64,000 nucleotides of DNA from an uncultured bacterium (GTDB lineage Bacteria > Krumholzibacteriota > Krumholzibacteriia > LZORAL124-64-63), in assembly GCA_963727525.1 (NCBI GenBank), contig CAVSGO010000005.1, forward strand, positions 512,001 to 576,000. Direction: 5' to 3'. Position numbers and translations under genes: made by a program. The notes beneath the pieces are model-generated. The model did no database searches. It was not told where the DNA came from and saw nothing but the letters and a program-made list of their open reading frames with translations. This document shows positions 15,153 through 25,085 of the stretch, piece after piece. Each line of letters opens with the position of its first letter. Positions within the stretch are counted from its first letter, which is position 1.

Positions 15153-16667
15153 TCAGCGCACCAGTGTCAGTTTTCCCACCTGTGACTGCCCTTCGGCAAC
15201 CACGCGGTAGAAATACGTACCGCTGGGCAAGGCGCGGCCGTGGCGGTCGACGCCGTTCCAGGTGAACTCCTGCGGGCCCGCATCGAGGCCGCCCACGTAC
15301 AGCTCGCGGATGAGGCGGCCGGCGAGATCGACGATGGTGAGCGACACGTGCGCACGTCGCGCGAGCGAGAAGGCGATCTTTACCTGCGGGTTGAACGGGT
15401 TCGGGTAGGCCTGCGCGTGGCTCACCAGGGACGGCGTCTCCTCGACGCCGAGAGCCTCGGGGATGAAGAAGTCGAAGTTCACGAGGCCCAGCGACGGATC
15501 GTCCACCTGGTGCCAGATGCTGTCCTCCACCTCCGCGGCCGTGTACGCCGCCCAGAAATTGCCCTGCGCCATCTGCGGCAATGGTGTGTTGTTGTAGAAG
15601 CCGTAGATCTCGCCGCCGAGGCCGTTGTCCATGATGAAGTTGTTGCCGTCGTCGCCGGGGAATTCGTTGGTCAGGTCGCCCAGGTTCGGTTGCCCGCCGT
15701 TGATCGCCGCCACGCCGTACCAGTGCCCCACGATGAGGTTGTCCACGAGGATGGGCGCGTTGCTGCCGTTGCAGGCCACGCCGAAGCCCCAGTTCACCGT
15801 GTCGGGGTGGATGTTGTTGTTGCGGATCCGGTTGCCGATGATGGTCGGGTTTGCGCCCGTCGAGTAGCAGAGGATGCCGTAGCCGCAACCCTCGATGCGG
15901 TTGTCCTCGATCACCGCGTTGCTGGACGCCCACACCGAGATGCCGCCGCTCATCTGATGGCCGCTGCCGAGGATGGTGCAGCCGCGGATCGTGGGGGAGT
16001 TCACGCCCTGCAGCCCGATGTTGAAGTACGGGTAGGGCGACGTGTTCTGGATGTTGTTGTTCTCGAGGGTGCAGTCCTCGAACAGGGGCGACGACGTGAG
16101 CGTGATCGTCACCGTGCGCTGCTGATTGTCGCGCATGGTGCAGCGCCGGATGGTGCCGTTGGCCGACGCGAAGTCGAAGGCTCGGTTCAGGCAATCGTGG
16201 ATCAGGCAATCCTCGACGAGGGGATCGGCGCCAAAGACATCGACGGCGATGTCGGCGAAGGCGATGTCGCAGTGCGCGAGGTGCAGTTCGGAACCGGCGA
16301 TGGTGTCCTGGAAGTCGATGCCGCGCCAGGCGCCGGGCGTGGCGGCCTGCGAGGTGAGTGCGATGGGCGCGCCCAGGGTACCCACGGCCACGAAGCTGCC
16401 GTTCACCGTCAGCCCCATGACACCGCTCGTGTCCAGGAAAGTGAGCGTGGCCCCGGCCGGCACGGTCACCCGGTCGCCCACCGTGATCAGTACCGAGTCG
16501 TGGAACTCGTAGGCCCCCGAGCCACCGGTCACCGCACCGCCCGAACTGGCGACGAGGTCGTCGAGGCTCCAGTTCACGCCCAGCCCGGGCGTGGCGTATT
16601 CGGCGTGCGCACCGGCCGCGAAGAGCACGAGCGCGAACACGAGAGCAACGGGGCGAGCACACCGCAT
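15153..16667 (-). CDS. Secreted right-handed beta-helix protein with FlgD-Ig C-terminal domain
   Basis: Signal peptide; repeated PxIxxCxIxxN strands; YPNPFNP...WNGVD..G..LPSGTYFYR. Confidence 0.8.
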   Translation of the reverse strand: MRCARPVALVFALVLFAAGAHAEYATPGLGVNWSLDDLVASSGGAVTGGSGAYEFHDSVLITVGDRVTVPAGATLTFLDTSGVMGLTVNGSFVAVGTLGAPIALTSQAATPGAWRGIDFQDTIAGSELHLAHCDIAFADIAVDVFGADPLVEDCLIHDCLNRAFDFASANGTIRRCTMRDNQQRTVTITLTSSPLFEDCTLENNNIQNTSPYPYFNIGLQGVNSPTIRGCTILGSGHQMSGGISVWASSNAVIEDNRIEGCGYGILCYSTGANPTIIGNRIRNNNIHPDTVNWGFGVACNGSNAPILVDNLIVGHWYGVAAINGGQPNLGDLTNEFPGDDGNNFIMDNGLGGEIYGFYNNTPLPQMAQGNFWAAYTAAEVEDSIWHQVDDPSLGLVNFDFFIPEALGVEETPSLVSHAQAYPNPFNPQVKIAFSLARRAHVSLTIVDLAGRLIRELYVGGLDAGPQEFTWNGVDRHGRALPSGTYFYRVVAEGQSQVGKLTLVR

Positions 16668-16786
16668 GAGACGACCTCCAGCGACGGGTTCCTGGGCGAC
16701 GGGTGACAGTATAACACAGGGGCCGACCCGGCGTCAGCGCCAGGCCGGCCCCCGTGATCGGGGCCATTCAACTTCCGGAACCGCTA

Positions 16787-17845
16787 CTAGAACAGCGCCT
16801 TCACTGTCGACCAGCTCGCCGGCTCGGTGGCCACGGCGGGCTCGAGGCCGGTGAACCAGCAGATGTAGTCGTACGCCTGCGGCGCGTCGCCGGACGGCGG
16901 ATCGAAGGTCGTGGGTCCGGTCCAGAACCACACGACCTCGCCCTGCGCGTATCCGGTCAGCGTGAGCGGCGCCGTCTCGCACGGGCCGCACGTGACGTTC
17001 TGGACGACGGCCACGTCGTTGCAGTCCTGCGGATAGAGCTCGAACAGGTAGAGCGCTTGCTCAGCGTCGCCCGTCACTTCGATGGAGCCGCCGGGACCCA
17101 TGGTCAGCGCGAACCAATCGGTGTCGCGATAGCTCGCCCCGGCATTACTGTGGTACCAGCCGCTGACGCCGCAGAGCACGGCCTCGCCCGCGAGGTCGCC
17201 CGCGATGGGTTGCAATGCCGGGTCGGGGTGCACGCCGCATCCGCCGTTGTACACGTCCACGTAGCCGTTCTCGATGGGCGGCTCCCCCTCGGGCACACCG
17301 TTCGCCGGGCACTCCAGGGCGCAAGGCGAGAACATCGTGACGTCGAGCTGGTAGTCGCCGAACGAGCCGCCGTAGCCGTCGACGATGATGTAATAAGTCT
17401 CACCCGCCGACACGGCCACGTCCTCCACGCGCGACGAGTACGCGAAGCAGGGATCGCCGAAGTAGAAATCGTCGTTGCAGGCAAGGAGCGCGAGGCTGCT
17501 GTCGTAAACGTAGACTTTCGTGTCATAGCTCGAGTTGCAGAGGTCGGCGGTGATGGCTCCCGTCGCGGTGGGCGTGTACGCATACACGACGTCGGGCGAG
17601 GTGGAACCCGTGTAGGGGCAGACCTCGTCGTAGTCATTGGTGTAGCCGGCCGTGGTGCCCGTGTCGCTGAAAGGCAGCGCGTCGATCACGAAGGCATCGG
17701 CGATGGTGTCGCCGCCCTGGCGGAGCACCGGCACATTCTCCGGCACGACCGGCGTGCCCTTGACGGGCGCCTGGCGTCCGAAGTCGAGGGCCAGGGCCGG
17801 CACGGCGAGCGCGGCCACGATAAGGATCGTGAGCAAGGTACGCAT
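16787..17845 (-). CDS. Secreted acidic Cys-containing protein with PPC-like domains and C-terminal SWSTVKALF tail
   Basis: AGGAGG RBS, signal peptide; N-domain paralogous to that of 12142..15012; ends VATEPASWSTVKALF. Confidence 0.8.
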   Translation of the reverse strand: MRTLLTILIVAALAVPALALDFGRQAPVKGTPVVPENVPVLRQGGDTIADAFVIDALPFSDTGTTAGYTNDYDEVCPYTGSTSPDVVYAYTPTATGAITADLCNSSYDTKVYVYDSSLALLACNDDFYFGDPCFAYSSRVEDVAVSAGETYYIIVDGYGGSFGDYQLDVTMFSPCALECPANGVPEGEPPIENGYVDVYNGGCGVHPDPALQPIAGDLAGEAVLCGVSGWYHSNAGASYRDTDWFALTMGPGGSIEVTGDAEQALYLFELYPQDCNDVAVVQNVTCGPCETAPLTLTGYAQGEVVWFWTGPTTFDPPSGDAPQAYDYICWFTGLEPAVATEPASWSTVKALF

Positions 17846-17990
17846 AGTGATGTCCTCCTATTTCGTGGATGCGTATTAAAAAGTCCGCAACGATAGCACG
17901 ATGATATAATGAAATCGCATCAATCGGGGAGACAGAATCGACGGGTGACACGAGAAAAGACATGATATGCCGTGGTGCCAGCAACGCGGC

Positions 17991-18986
17991 TCAGACGACG
18001 ACCTCACCCTCATCGAGCACGGGACGCGCCGTACCCTCGGAGGCGATGGCCGTGATGGTGGGCCGGTGCACGAGGTAATCGACGTGCAGGCGGGAGCGAT
18101 TTTTACCGCCCGGGATGCCGTCGTTGTCGCCGAAGGCGATGTGGCAGGTGCGCAGAGCCTTCTCGTCCTCGAGCATGCGGCCGACGAGGCGGGCACCCGG
18201 ATTCAGCCCGATCCCCAGCTCGGCGATGACGGCAGCGCCCCCATCGGTGTCCATATAGCCCCGCACGCGGGCCCGCCAGTCGGCATCGTCGCAACCCACC
18301 TCGATGACGCGTCCGTCGCGCACCTCCAGGGTGATCGGAGCCGTCGGTAGACCGTCGCCCCCCACTGGACCGTCGACCACGATCACGCCCTGCGCTCCAT
18401 GCTCCACCGGCGCGCAGTAGATCTCGCCGCACGGCAGGTTCACACCCATGGCGACCGTGGCCTGGAGGTCGCTGACGAAGGCGCGATCGGTGATGTCGAA
18501 GGTGATGTTGGTGCCGGAACCAGCCGTGATGCGTACGCGCGCCGCTCCGGCGAGTGCCGCCATGAGAGCGTCGGCGCGTCGGTGCATGGCGGCGTAATCA
18601 ACGTCGAGGGAGCCGCCCGTCATCATGCCTTCCGTGATGCCGGGGCAGTGACCCAGACGGATCGTCCCACGCGACTCGATGGCGTGCATCCACCGGATGC
18701 GCACGGGTACCTCGGCGGTATCGCCGTCGAGCACGTTCACCACCACGTTGACGCCGTCGAGCGCGGCCGTCATCCCGTCGGGGAGGGCGGCGAGCGGGCG
18801 GCCGATGGCGGGAAGGTCGAACGTCCTGACGTGGCACCCGCTCGCCTCGGCCGCGGCGACGAATGCGTCGGGGCAGTCACCGCAGCGCGCGTCACACACC
18901 ACGAGGACGCGATCATCGGACGTGAGGCCGAGCGCCGCGACCATCGCACGGCGGGCGGCGTGTATCATCGCAGGCGTGATAGCCAT
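17991..18986 (-). CDS. Aminopeptidase, thermophilic metalloprotease (M29)-like
   Basis: NLPCGEIYCAP, G.IVVDG, IAELGIGLNP, LEDEK..TCHIAFGDN...GG.N.S.LHVD. Confidence 0.85.
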   Translation of the reverse strand: MAITPAMIHAARRAMVAALGLTSDDRVLVVCDARCGDCPDAFVAAAEASGCHVRTFDLPAIGRPLAALPDGMTAALDGVNVVVNVLDGDTAEVPVRIRWMHAIESRGTIRLGHCPGITEGMMTGGSLDVDYAAMHRRADALMAALAGAARVRITAGSGTNITFDITDRAFVSDLQATVAMGVNLPCGEIYCAPVEHGAQGVIVVDGPVGGDGLPTAPITLEVRDGRVIEVGCDDADWRARVRGYMDTDGGAAVIAELGIGLNPGARLVGRMLEDEKALRTCHIAFGDNDGIPGGKNRSRLHVDYLVHRPTITAIASEGTARPVLDEGEVVV

Positions 18987-19059
18987 GATCCTCTCCCTGG
19001 TCGCGTGGGGACGGCCTGCATACGGCGGCTCGTCGATGAAGTTGCCGGGCGTTCGAAAT

Positions 19060-21216
19060 TCAGCGCACGAGTGTGGCGCGCTGCCAGGACGTGCGTCCAT
19101 CGGCGGCGAGCCGGAGCAAGTACACGCCGCTCGCCACGGGGCGCCCCACGGCGTCGTCGCCGCGCCACGTGAGCGCGTGCGCACCGGCCGGGAGATCGCC
19201 GTCGGCCAGCGTCGCCACCAGGCGCCCGCGCAGATCGTGCACCGTCAGGCGCACGGGCCCCGCGCTGGCCAGCGAGAAGGCCAACGTCGTGGCGGGATTG
19301 AAGGGATTCGGATATGGCGGCGCGAACCACGAGGCGGGTCGCGGCAGGTCCGGGGCCGCGCTGGTCCAGGCGGTGTCGTCGCGGATGACGAGTCCTCCCC
19401 CCTCGACGCTGATGGTGTAAGCCAGGCCATCGCTGGCGGCGAGAGCCTCCGTGCCGCTCGGATCGTCGTATCCGCCCACGATCGCCGGCTGGCCCGGCGT
19501 GGCGATGTCGACGATACGCGCACCGCGGTGGGTCTGCACCCACAGCCGCGAGCCGGCCACCATGAGCGCCGACGGATAGCGCACGCTGACGTGGGCCACG
19601 GGCTGCAACCCATGTGGACCGCCGGGTACGTACTCGCCCACCACGCTGCGCGTGGCAATGAACACGCGGCCGTCCGCCACGGCGATGTCGGCCACGGTGT
19701 CCACGTCCACCGCGCCGATCTGCAATGGCGTGTCGAGATCGCGGATACCGTAGAGGCGCACCTCCTGGTGCGCGTAGTCCCACACCCCGAGCAACGATCC
19801 CTGCAGCGAGACGAACCCCGGCCGCGTGGCCAGCACGGCCGCACGCCGCGGCGCGGCGGGATCGCTGACGTCGTAGAGCTGGATGCCCAGGCCATGGCAC
19901 ACAGCGAGGCGGTCGCCGTCGAGTCGACAAGCCGCGCGCGAACCGGGCATCGTATTGCGGATCTTGGCGATGACGCGGGGCAGGGCGGGATCGCTGACGT
20001 CGTAGAGCCAGATCGAAGCGGAATCGCAGCACGCCAGCCTGCCGCCGTTGAGGGCGGGCTCCCCGAACGGTCCCTTGAGCATATCGGCGAGCAGCCGGGG
20101 TCGGGCCGGATCCCGCGCGTCGATGAACACGAGGTCGTGCTCGGCGGACGTGCGTCCCACGACGATGCCGTGTTCCATCACCGCGTCGCCGAGACGGCCG
20201 ACCTGCGTGCGCACCGCCAGCAGCGTGGGCGGCGCGTCGTACTCGGGCCACGCATAGGTGCGCAGACTGCCGCCTTCCAGCACGAACACCGCGCCAGGCG
20301 TGGCGGCCAGGCCAGCGACCAGCGCCGGATGCACGGCACCCGGCCGCGGCGCCGCGGGATCGGCGAAGGAAAAGGCCTGCAGACCACCCTGGCGCGTCCC
20401 CAGGAGCAGCAGGTCGCCGGCGCGGGCGAGGCTCGTGTGCGCGGCGTCGGCAGACACGCCCGCCGGTTGCACCGAGAGCGTCACCGGCGTCAGCGGGCCG
20501 TTGAACCCGTAGGTCGCCAGCTCGGGACCTGCCGGCCCCTCCTGCGCGACCACGAGCGTCGTGCCCACGGCCAGCATCGCGTCGATGCGCGCGGCCGGCA
20601 GCGTGAGCGTGCCCAGGTCGACCGGCAGCGTCGGTTGCGTCACGTCGATGGCGTGCAGGCGCGACGCCCCGTCCACAAGATAGAGCACGTCGCCGATCGT
20701 CGCGGGCCAGCGATAGCCGTCGAACTCCCCGATGAACAGCCCGGCGCCGAACGTCGGGTCGCCGGGATTCTCGAGATCGTAGGCGAAACAGACAGTGTCG
20801 TCGCACAGGTAGGCCGCGCCGCCGCGCAGTGTGAGCGTGTCGTAGAAGTAAGGCGCGAAACCGGTGTACACGGCATCCACGACACCGGGATCGCGCAGGT
20901 CGAGGAGCGTGGCTCCAGAGGTGACGATGCTCTGTGCACCGATCAGCAGGCCGTCGTCGTAGGCCACGTGGTCAAGCAGGCAGGTCGTGACCCGGAACTC
21001 GCTTGCGAGCGTCGGCGCCTGCGGATCGGTCACGTCGCGGACCACACCGCGCGCGCCGGCAAATTCGAGAACCGTGTGATCGTCGAGTGCGAGGGGAGTG
21101 CCCACGAAATCGGACCCGAGCAAGACGACGTTCATCGTGGTGACGCTGGCCTCGGCCAGACAGACGGGCGCCGCAACGATCAGTGCGAACAGCGTGAACG
21201 AGCCCCGGAAGGTCAT
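19060..21216 (-). CDS. Secreted LVIVD-repeat beta-propeller protein with FlgD-Ig C-terminal domain
   Basis: Repeated (L/Y)DVSDPxxP units; YPNPFNP...WRGDD..G..VASGVYL. Confidence 0.8.
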   Translation of the reverse strand: MTFRGSFTLFALIVAAPVCLAEASVTTMNVVLLGSDFVGTPLALDDHTVLEFAGARGVVRDVTDPQAPTLASEFRVTTCLLDHVAYDDGLLIGAQSIVTSGATLLDLRDPGVVDAVYTGFAPYFYDTLTLRGGAAYLCDDTVCFAYDLENPGDPTFGAGLFIGEFDGYRWPATIGDVLYLVDGASRLHAIDVTQPTLPVDLGTLTLPAARIDAMLAVGTTLVVAQEGPAGPELATYGFNGPLTPVTLSVQPAGVSADAAHTSLARAGDLLLLGTRQGGLQAFSFADPAAPRPGAVHPALVAGLAATPGAVFVLEGGSLRTYAWPEYDAPPTLLAVRTQVGRLGDAVMEHGIVVGRTSAEHDLVFIDARDPARPRLLADMLKGPFGEPALNGGRLACCDSASIWLYDVSDPALPRVIAKIRNTMPGSRAACRLDGDRLAVCHGLGIQLYDVSDPAAPRRAAVLATRPGFVSLQGSLLGVWDYAHQEVRLYGIRDLDTPLQIGAVDVDTVADIAVADGRVFIATRSVVGEYVPGGPHGLQPVAHVSVRYPSALMVAGSRLWVQTHRGARIVDIATPGQPAIVGGYDDPSGTEALAASDGLAYTISVEGGGLVIRDDTAWTSAAPDLPRPASWFAPPYPNPFNPATTLAFSLASAGPVRLTVHDLRGRLVATLADGDLPAGAHALTWRGDDAVGRPVASGVYLLRLAADGRTSWQRATLVR

Positions 21217-21224
21217 CGGCCCCT

Positions 21225-23219
21225 CTATTTCGCCAGCACCACCCTCCGCGATAGTATGCGCTCGTTCGTGACGAGCTGCACCAGGTAAACGCCTGCGGCG
21301 ACGGCGTGGTCGCTGTCATCGCGCCCATCCCAGGTGAGTGTCTGCCATGTCCCGGCCGCCGCATCGGCGAACAGGGTGCGCACGCGGCGGCCGCGCAGAT
21401 CCACCACACGGCAGGCGGCCTGGGCGCCCGCCGGCGCCCGCCAGCGCAACGAGGTGCGAGGGTTGAAGGGGTTGGGATACGCCGCCTGCAGCGCGGCGAT
21501 CCCGGCCGGTGGGGCCGACGCGGGGCCCGGCTGCGTGGCGAAACGGACGCTGGATCCGTCGGCCAGCGTGAGTGCCACGTCGTAGAGGAACCGCGCGTCG
21601 AGAGGGGCACCGGTGTCGATGCCGCTGAAGGCGTCGCCCGTCCAGGCAACGCCGCCCACGGCCGTACGCGCCGCCACCTGGTCGTCGTCGCCGAGTACGA
21701 GGCGAGTGACGGCCACGGCCGCCACGTCGCCCACCGGCACCGCGCACCGGAAGCGCAGGACCACGTCGAGATCGGGCGTCCAGTCCGCGCTCCAGAGCGT
21801 GAGTATCGCCGGCGTGGCTTCGCCGGAACTGGACCACACCTTCACCCACCCCGCGGTGGCGGAGTTGACGACGTTGCCGCTCGGCGCACCGACGGCGTAA
21901 TCGGCATAGGTGTCGCCGTCGAAGTCACCCGCCGCGGCGACCCACCAGCCGAAGCGGTCGCCGGGCGCGGTGCCGTTCACCAGCAGTTCGTGCGTCACCT
22001 GCGGCAGCGACGACGCGCTGCCGTACGAGCTGGAGCCGCCGGGGTAGATCACGGCGAGTCCCGCCTGCGCACCCAGACCGGCCACGGCATTGGGCGCGCC
22101 GATCAGCAGGTCGGCGTACGTGGCCCCCTCCACATCGCCCACGCCGGCAAGGCTGAAGCCCAGCCAGTCGTTCGCCGCAGCTCCGTTCACGGTGCGGTCG
22201 GCGTTGCCGTCAGCGCTGCTGCCACCGTAGAACACCTCCACGCGGCCGGCATCCGCGCCTCCCGTGTTGTCGAGCGGCGCGCCCACGGCCACGTCGTCGT
22301 AGCTGTCGTTGTTCCAGCGTCCGGCACCCGCCACCGCGTAGCCGAACTCGTTATCTGCGGTGCTGGTGGCGTTGCTGGTGAGCGTGAGGTCGGATGCCGC
22401 GTTGGGCCCCGGATTGGCTGCGGTGGTGCCGGCGAAGACATAGGCTGCGCCCTCGCGCAGGCCGGCGCCGGTGCCGTTGCTGGGCGCGCCCACCACGGCA
22501 CAGCGCGCGGTGCCGCCGAGGAAGTTGCCCGTTCCGGCCACCGACCAGCCGAAGCGCTCGTAGGCCAGGGCGCCGGTCAGGATGAGGTCGGGCGCCGCGC
22601 CGATACCGCTGTTCGAGCCATAGAACACGTAGGCCGCGCCGGCCTCCACGCCGGTGCGGTCGCTGTACGGCGCACCCACGATGAAGTCGTCGCGTCCATC
22701 ACCGTTGAAGTCGCCCAGCGCGGCGATCGCGAAGCCAAACTCCTCACCGCCGGCCGTGCCCTCGAGGATGCGGTCAGCCTGGGCCGGCGTGGACGGCAGG
22801 GGCGTACCGCCGTAGAAGACATAGACGCGTCCAGCGTCGGTCCCCGCGGCGTCGGCGAGGGGCGCGCCAATGGCGAAATCGCCCACACCGTCGTGGTTCA
22901 CGTCGCCGATGGCGGCCACGGCCCGGCCGAACGACTCGCCACCGGTCCCGGACCACACCTGGAAGGCATTCACCGTGAGATCCACCCCGCCAAGCCACAG
23001 GAATGCCCGGCCGCTGTCGCCGCCGTAGCCGGGTGAACCCACGAGAAGCTCGTCGCGGCCGTCGCCGTTCTGGTCGGCCACGCCGGCGGCGCAGGCACCG
23101 AAGTCCTGGCCGTCGACGCCGGCGGCGTCGCGCAGGATGACAGCCCGGGCACTCGGAGCGGTGGCAAGGCCGAACCCGAGGGCCGAGAGCGCCAGGGCGG
23201 TGAAGAAACGAGCGACCAC
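21225..23219 (-). CDS. Secreted FG-GAP/integrin-alpha-repeat protein with FlgD-Ig C-terminal domain
   Basis: Seven FG...GDxNxDGxxD..VGAP-type repeats; YPNPFNP tail; GTG start at 23219 with GGAGG (alternative ATG 23249). Confidence 0.85.
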   Translation of the reverse strand: MVARFFTALALSALGFGLATAPSARAVILRDAAGVDGQDFGACAAGVADQNGDGRDELLVGSPGYGGDSGRAFLWLGGVDLTVNAFQVWSGTGGESFGRAVAAIGDVNHDGVGDFAIGAPLADAAGTDAGRVYVFYGGTPLPSTPAQADRILEGTAGGEEFGFAIAALGDFNGDGRDDFIVGAPYSDRTGVEAGAAYVFYGSNSGIGAAPDLILTGALAYERFGWSVAGTGNFLGGTARCAVVGAPSNGTGAGLREGAAYVFAGTTAANPGPNAASDLTLTSNATSTADNEFGYAVAGAGRWNNDSYDDVAVGAPLDNTGGADAGRVEVFYGGSSADGNADRTVNGAAANDWLGFSLAGVGDVEGATYADLLIGAPNAVAGLGAQAGLAVIYPGGSSSYGSASSLPQVTHELLVNGTAPGDRFGWWVAAAGDFDGDTYADYAVGAPSGNVVNSATAGWVKVWSSSGEATPAILTLWSADWTPDLDVVLRFRCAVPVGDVAAVAVTRLVLGDDDQVAARTAVGGVAWTGDAFSGIDTGAPLDARFLYDVALTLADGSSVRFATQPGPASAPPAGIAALQAAYPNPFNPRTSLRWRAPAGAQAACRVVDLRGRRVRTLFADAAAGTWQTLTWDGRDDSDHAVAAGVYLVQLVTNERILSRRVVLAK

Positions 23220-23417
23220 GACGAAACCTCCCGGGAAATCACGGGCCATTGAGGTGGATTTTCGGCCACCAATCGGTCCATCTCTTGCTATATATGGCCT
23301 AAAGGCCTTTCTATGCGGCGCCGATCCTTGCAGAAAGACCTTGATCGCCGAGCGTCGCTGCTGCCATTGTAGGCTGAACCGGGGCGGCTAGAAACGGATT
23401 TCGCCGAGGAATTTTGC

Positions 23418-24830
23418 ATGCGCACAAATGGACTCATCGCGGCTGCCCTGCTCATCCTGGGTGGCGTTGCAATTTTCGTGACCAATACGCCGGAATCCGA
23501 TCCGGCGGCCCCCACGGGGGCCCAGACGGCGTCGATCGCCAACGGCATGGGCGGCCCTGCGGAGATGCCGCTGCCGGAGATCCCGGTCGATATGCAAGGC
23601 CCGGATGGCTTCACCGCTGCCGATAGCACGGTCCCTGGTGACGAGGATCTGGTCATCGGCCGCAAGCAGACCTTCTACGAAGCCATGCAGGCCCACGGCG
23701 TGGGCCACACCGACATCATGGCCCTCGTGAAGGCCGTCAAACCCTTCCGCAACCTCAAGTCGGTACACGCCGGCGAACACTTCCGCGTGGCGACCGATGC
23801 CGACGGCCAGCTCACCTCATTCGGCTTCGACCTCGACCTCGAGAGCTGGATACGCTACGTACGGACGGGCAACACCTTCGAGCAGGAGCAGGGCAGTTAC
23901 CCGGTGGAGCACCGCGTATGCGGCGTGTCGGGCACGATCGCCAGCAGCCTGTACGCGAGCCTGCAGGGCGTGAGCGCCCCCCTCGACCTGGCCCCCAAGA
24001 TGACTGACGTGCTCGGCTGGGACGTCGATTTTCAGCGCGACGTGCGCAAGGGCGACACCTTTCGCATCCTCTACGAAGAGGTGTGGAAGAACGGGACCTT
24101 CGTGCGTACCGGCCCCATCCTCGCCTGCGCGTATGGTCGCAGCGACCGGACGCTGAGCGCGTACCGGTACCTCACCGGCGACGGCAATCCGGGCTACTAC
24201 GACACCGACGGCAAGAACCTGCAGAAGGCCCTCATGCGTGCTCCGCTGAACTACTCGCGCATCAGCAGCGGGTTCAGCTACGCGCGCCGCCACCCCGTGC
24301 TCGGCAGGGTGATGCCCCACCTGGGCATCGACTACGCCGCACCCATCGGCACCCCCGTGTGGGCCGCCGGCAATGGCACCATCATCGACATCGGCCGCAA
24401 GGGCGGCAATGGCCGCTACATCCGCATCCAGCACACGAATCGCGAATACGAGACCTACTACCTGCACCTCTCGCGCTTTGCGAAGAACATGCACCGGGGC
24501 ACTCACGTGCACCAGGGTCAGGTCATCGGCTACGTGGGAGCCAGCGGCTATGCCACAGGCCCCCACCTCGACTTCCGCGTGAAGCGCGGCGGCACCTTCG
24601 TGAATCCCCGCAAGCTCAAGCTTCCGGCCGCCGAACCCGTCCCCGGCGACGAGCGCGCCGTCTTCGACTCCCAGCGCGACCTCTATCAGTGGGCCCTCGC
24701 GGATCTTCCCGACACCACGAGCCCCGAGACGCTCACGGCCCTGAGTCCCTCCACCCCGCCGCACTGGAACGCCGAGGCCTACGTCGCCGCGAGCATTCCG
24801 GCCGCGGTGCGGGCCGTGGCCGAGGACTAG
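23418..24830 (+). CDS. M23 family peptidoglycan DD-endopeptidase (MepM-like)
   Basis: N-terminal TM; RRHPVLG..HLGIDYAA..GTPV, YLHLS, ATGPHLDF. Confidence 0.92.
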   Translation: MRTNGLIAAALLILGGVAIFVTNTPESDPAAPTGAQTASIANGMGGPAEMPLPEIPVDMQGPDGFTAADSTVPGDEDLVIGRKQTFYEAMQAHGVGHTDIMALVKAVKPFRNLKSVHAGEHFRVATDADGQLTSFGFDLDLESWIRYVRTGNTFEQEQGSYPVEHRVCGVSGTIASSLYASLQGVSAPLDLAPKMTDVLGWDVDFQRDVRKGDTFRILYEEVWKNGTFVRTGPILACAYGRSDRTLSAYRYLTGDGNPGYYDTDGKNLQKALMRAPLNYSRISSGFSYARRHPVLGRVMPHLGIDYAAPIGTPVWAAGNGTIIDIGRKGGNGRYIRIQHTNREYETYYLHLSRFAKNMHRGTHVHQGQVIGYVGASGYATGPHLDFRVKRGGTFVNPRKLKLPAAEPVPGDERAVFDSQRDLYQWALADLPDTTSPETLTALSPSTPPHWNAEAYVAASIPAAVRAVAED

Positions 24831-25085
24831 CGCACGAGCATCTCCACTAATCCATGGGTCTCACTGCATTTCTATGCTAGGATTGCAGTTAGCTGATGCA
24901 AGCGGGCGCGGACCGTCCTCATTCAATCCAGGGGAATCTGTCCTGCGCGCGGCGACGCATCAACGGCGGGCGGGAGTGACCCTTTGATCGACGTGATTGC
25001 CAATCCATGCGCCAGGAGGGTACTCCTCGCGGTGGGACAAGCCATGACCTGCCGCCTGACGCCGCGTCAGCGGCCCGTTTGTTAG

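Noticed and set aside
12124-23036. Long plus-strand ORFs (808, 488, 869 and 576 aa)
   Set aside because: Antisense to well-formed secreted-protein genes; composition typical of shadow frames.
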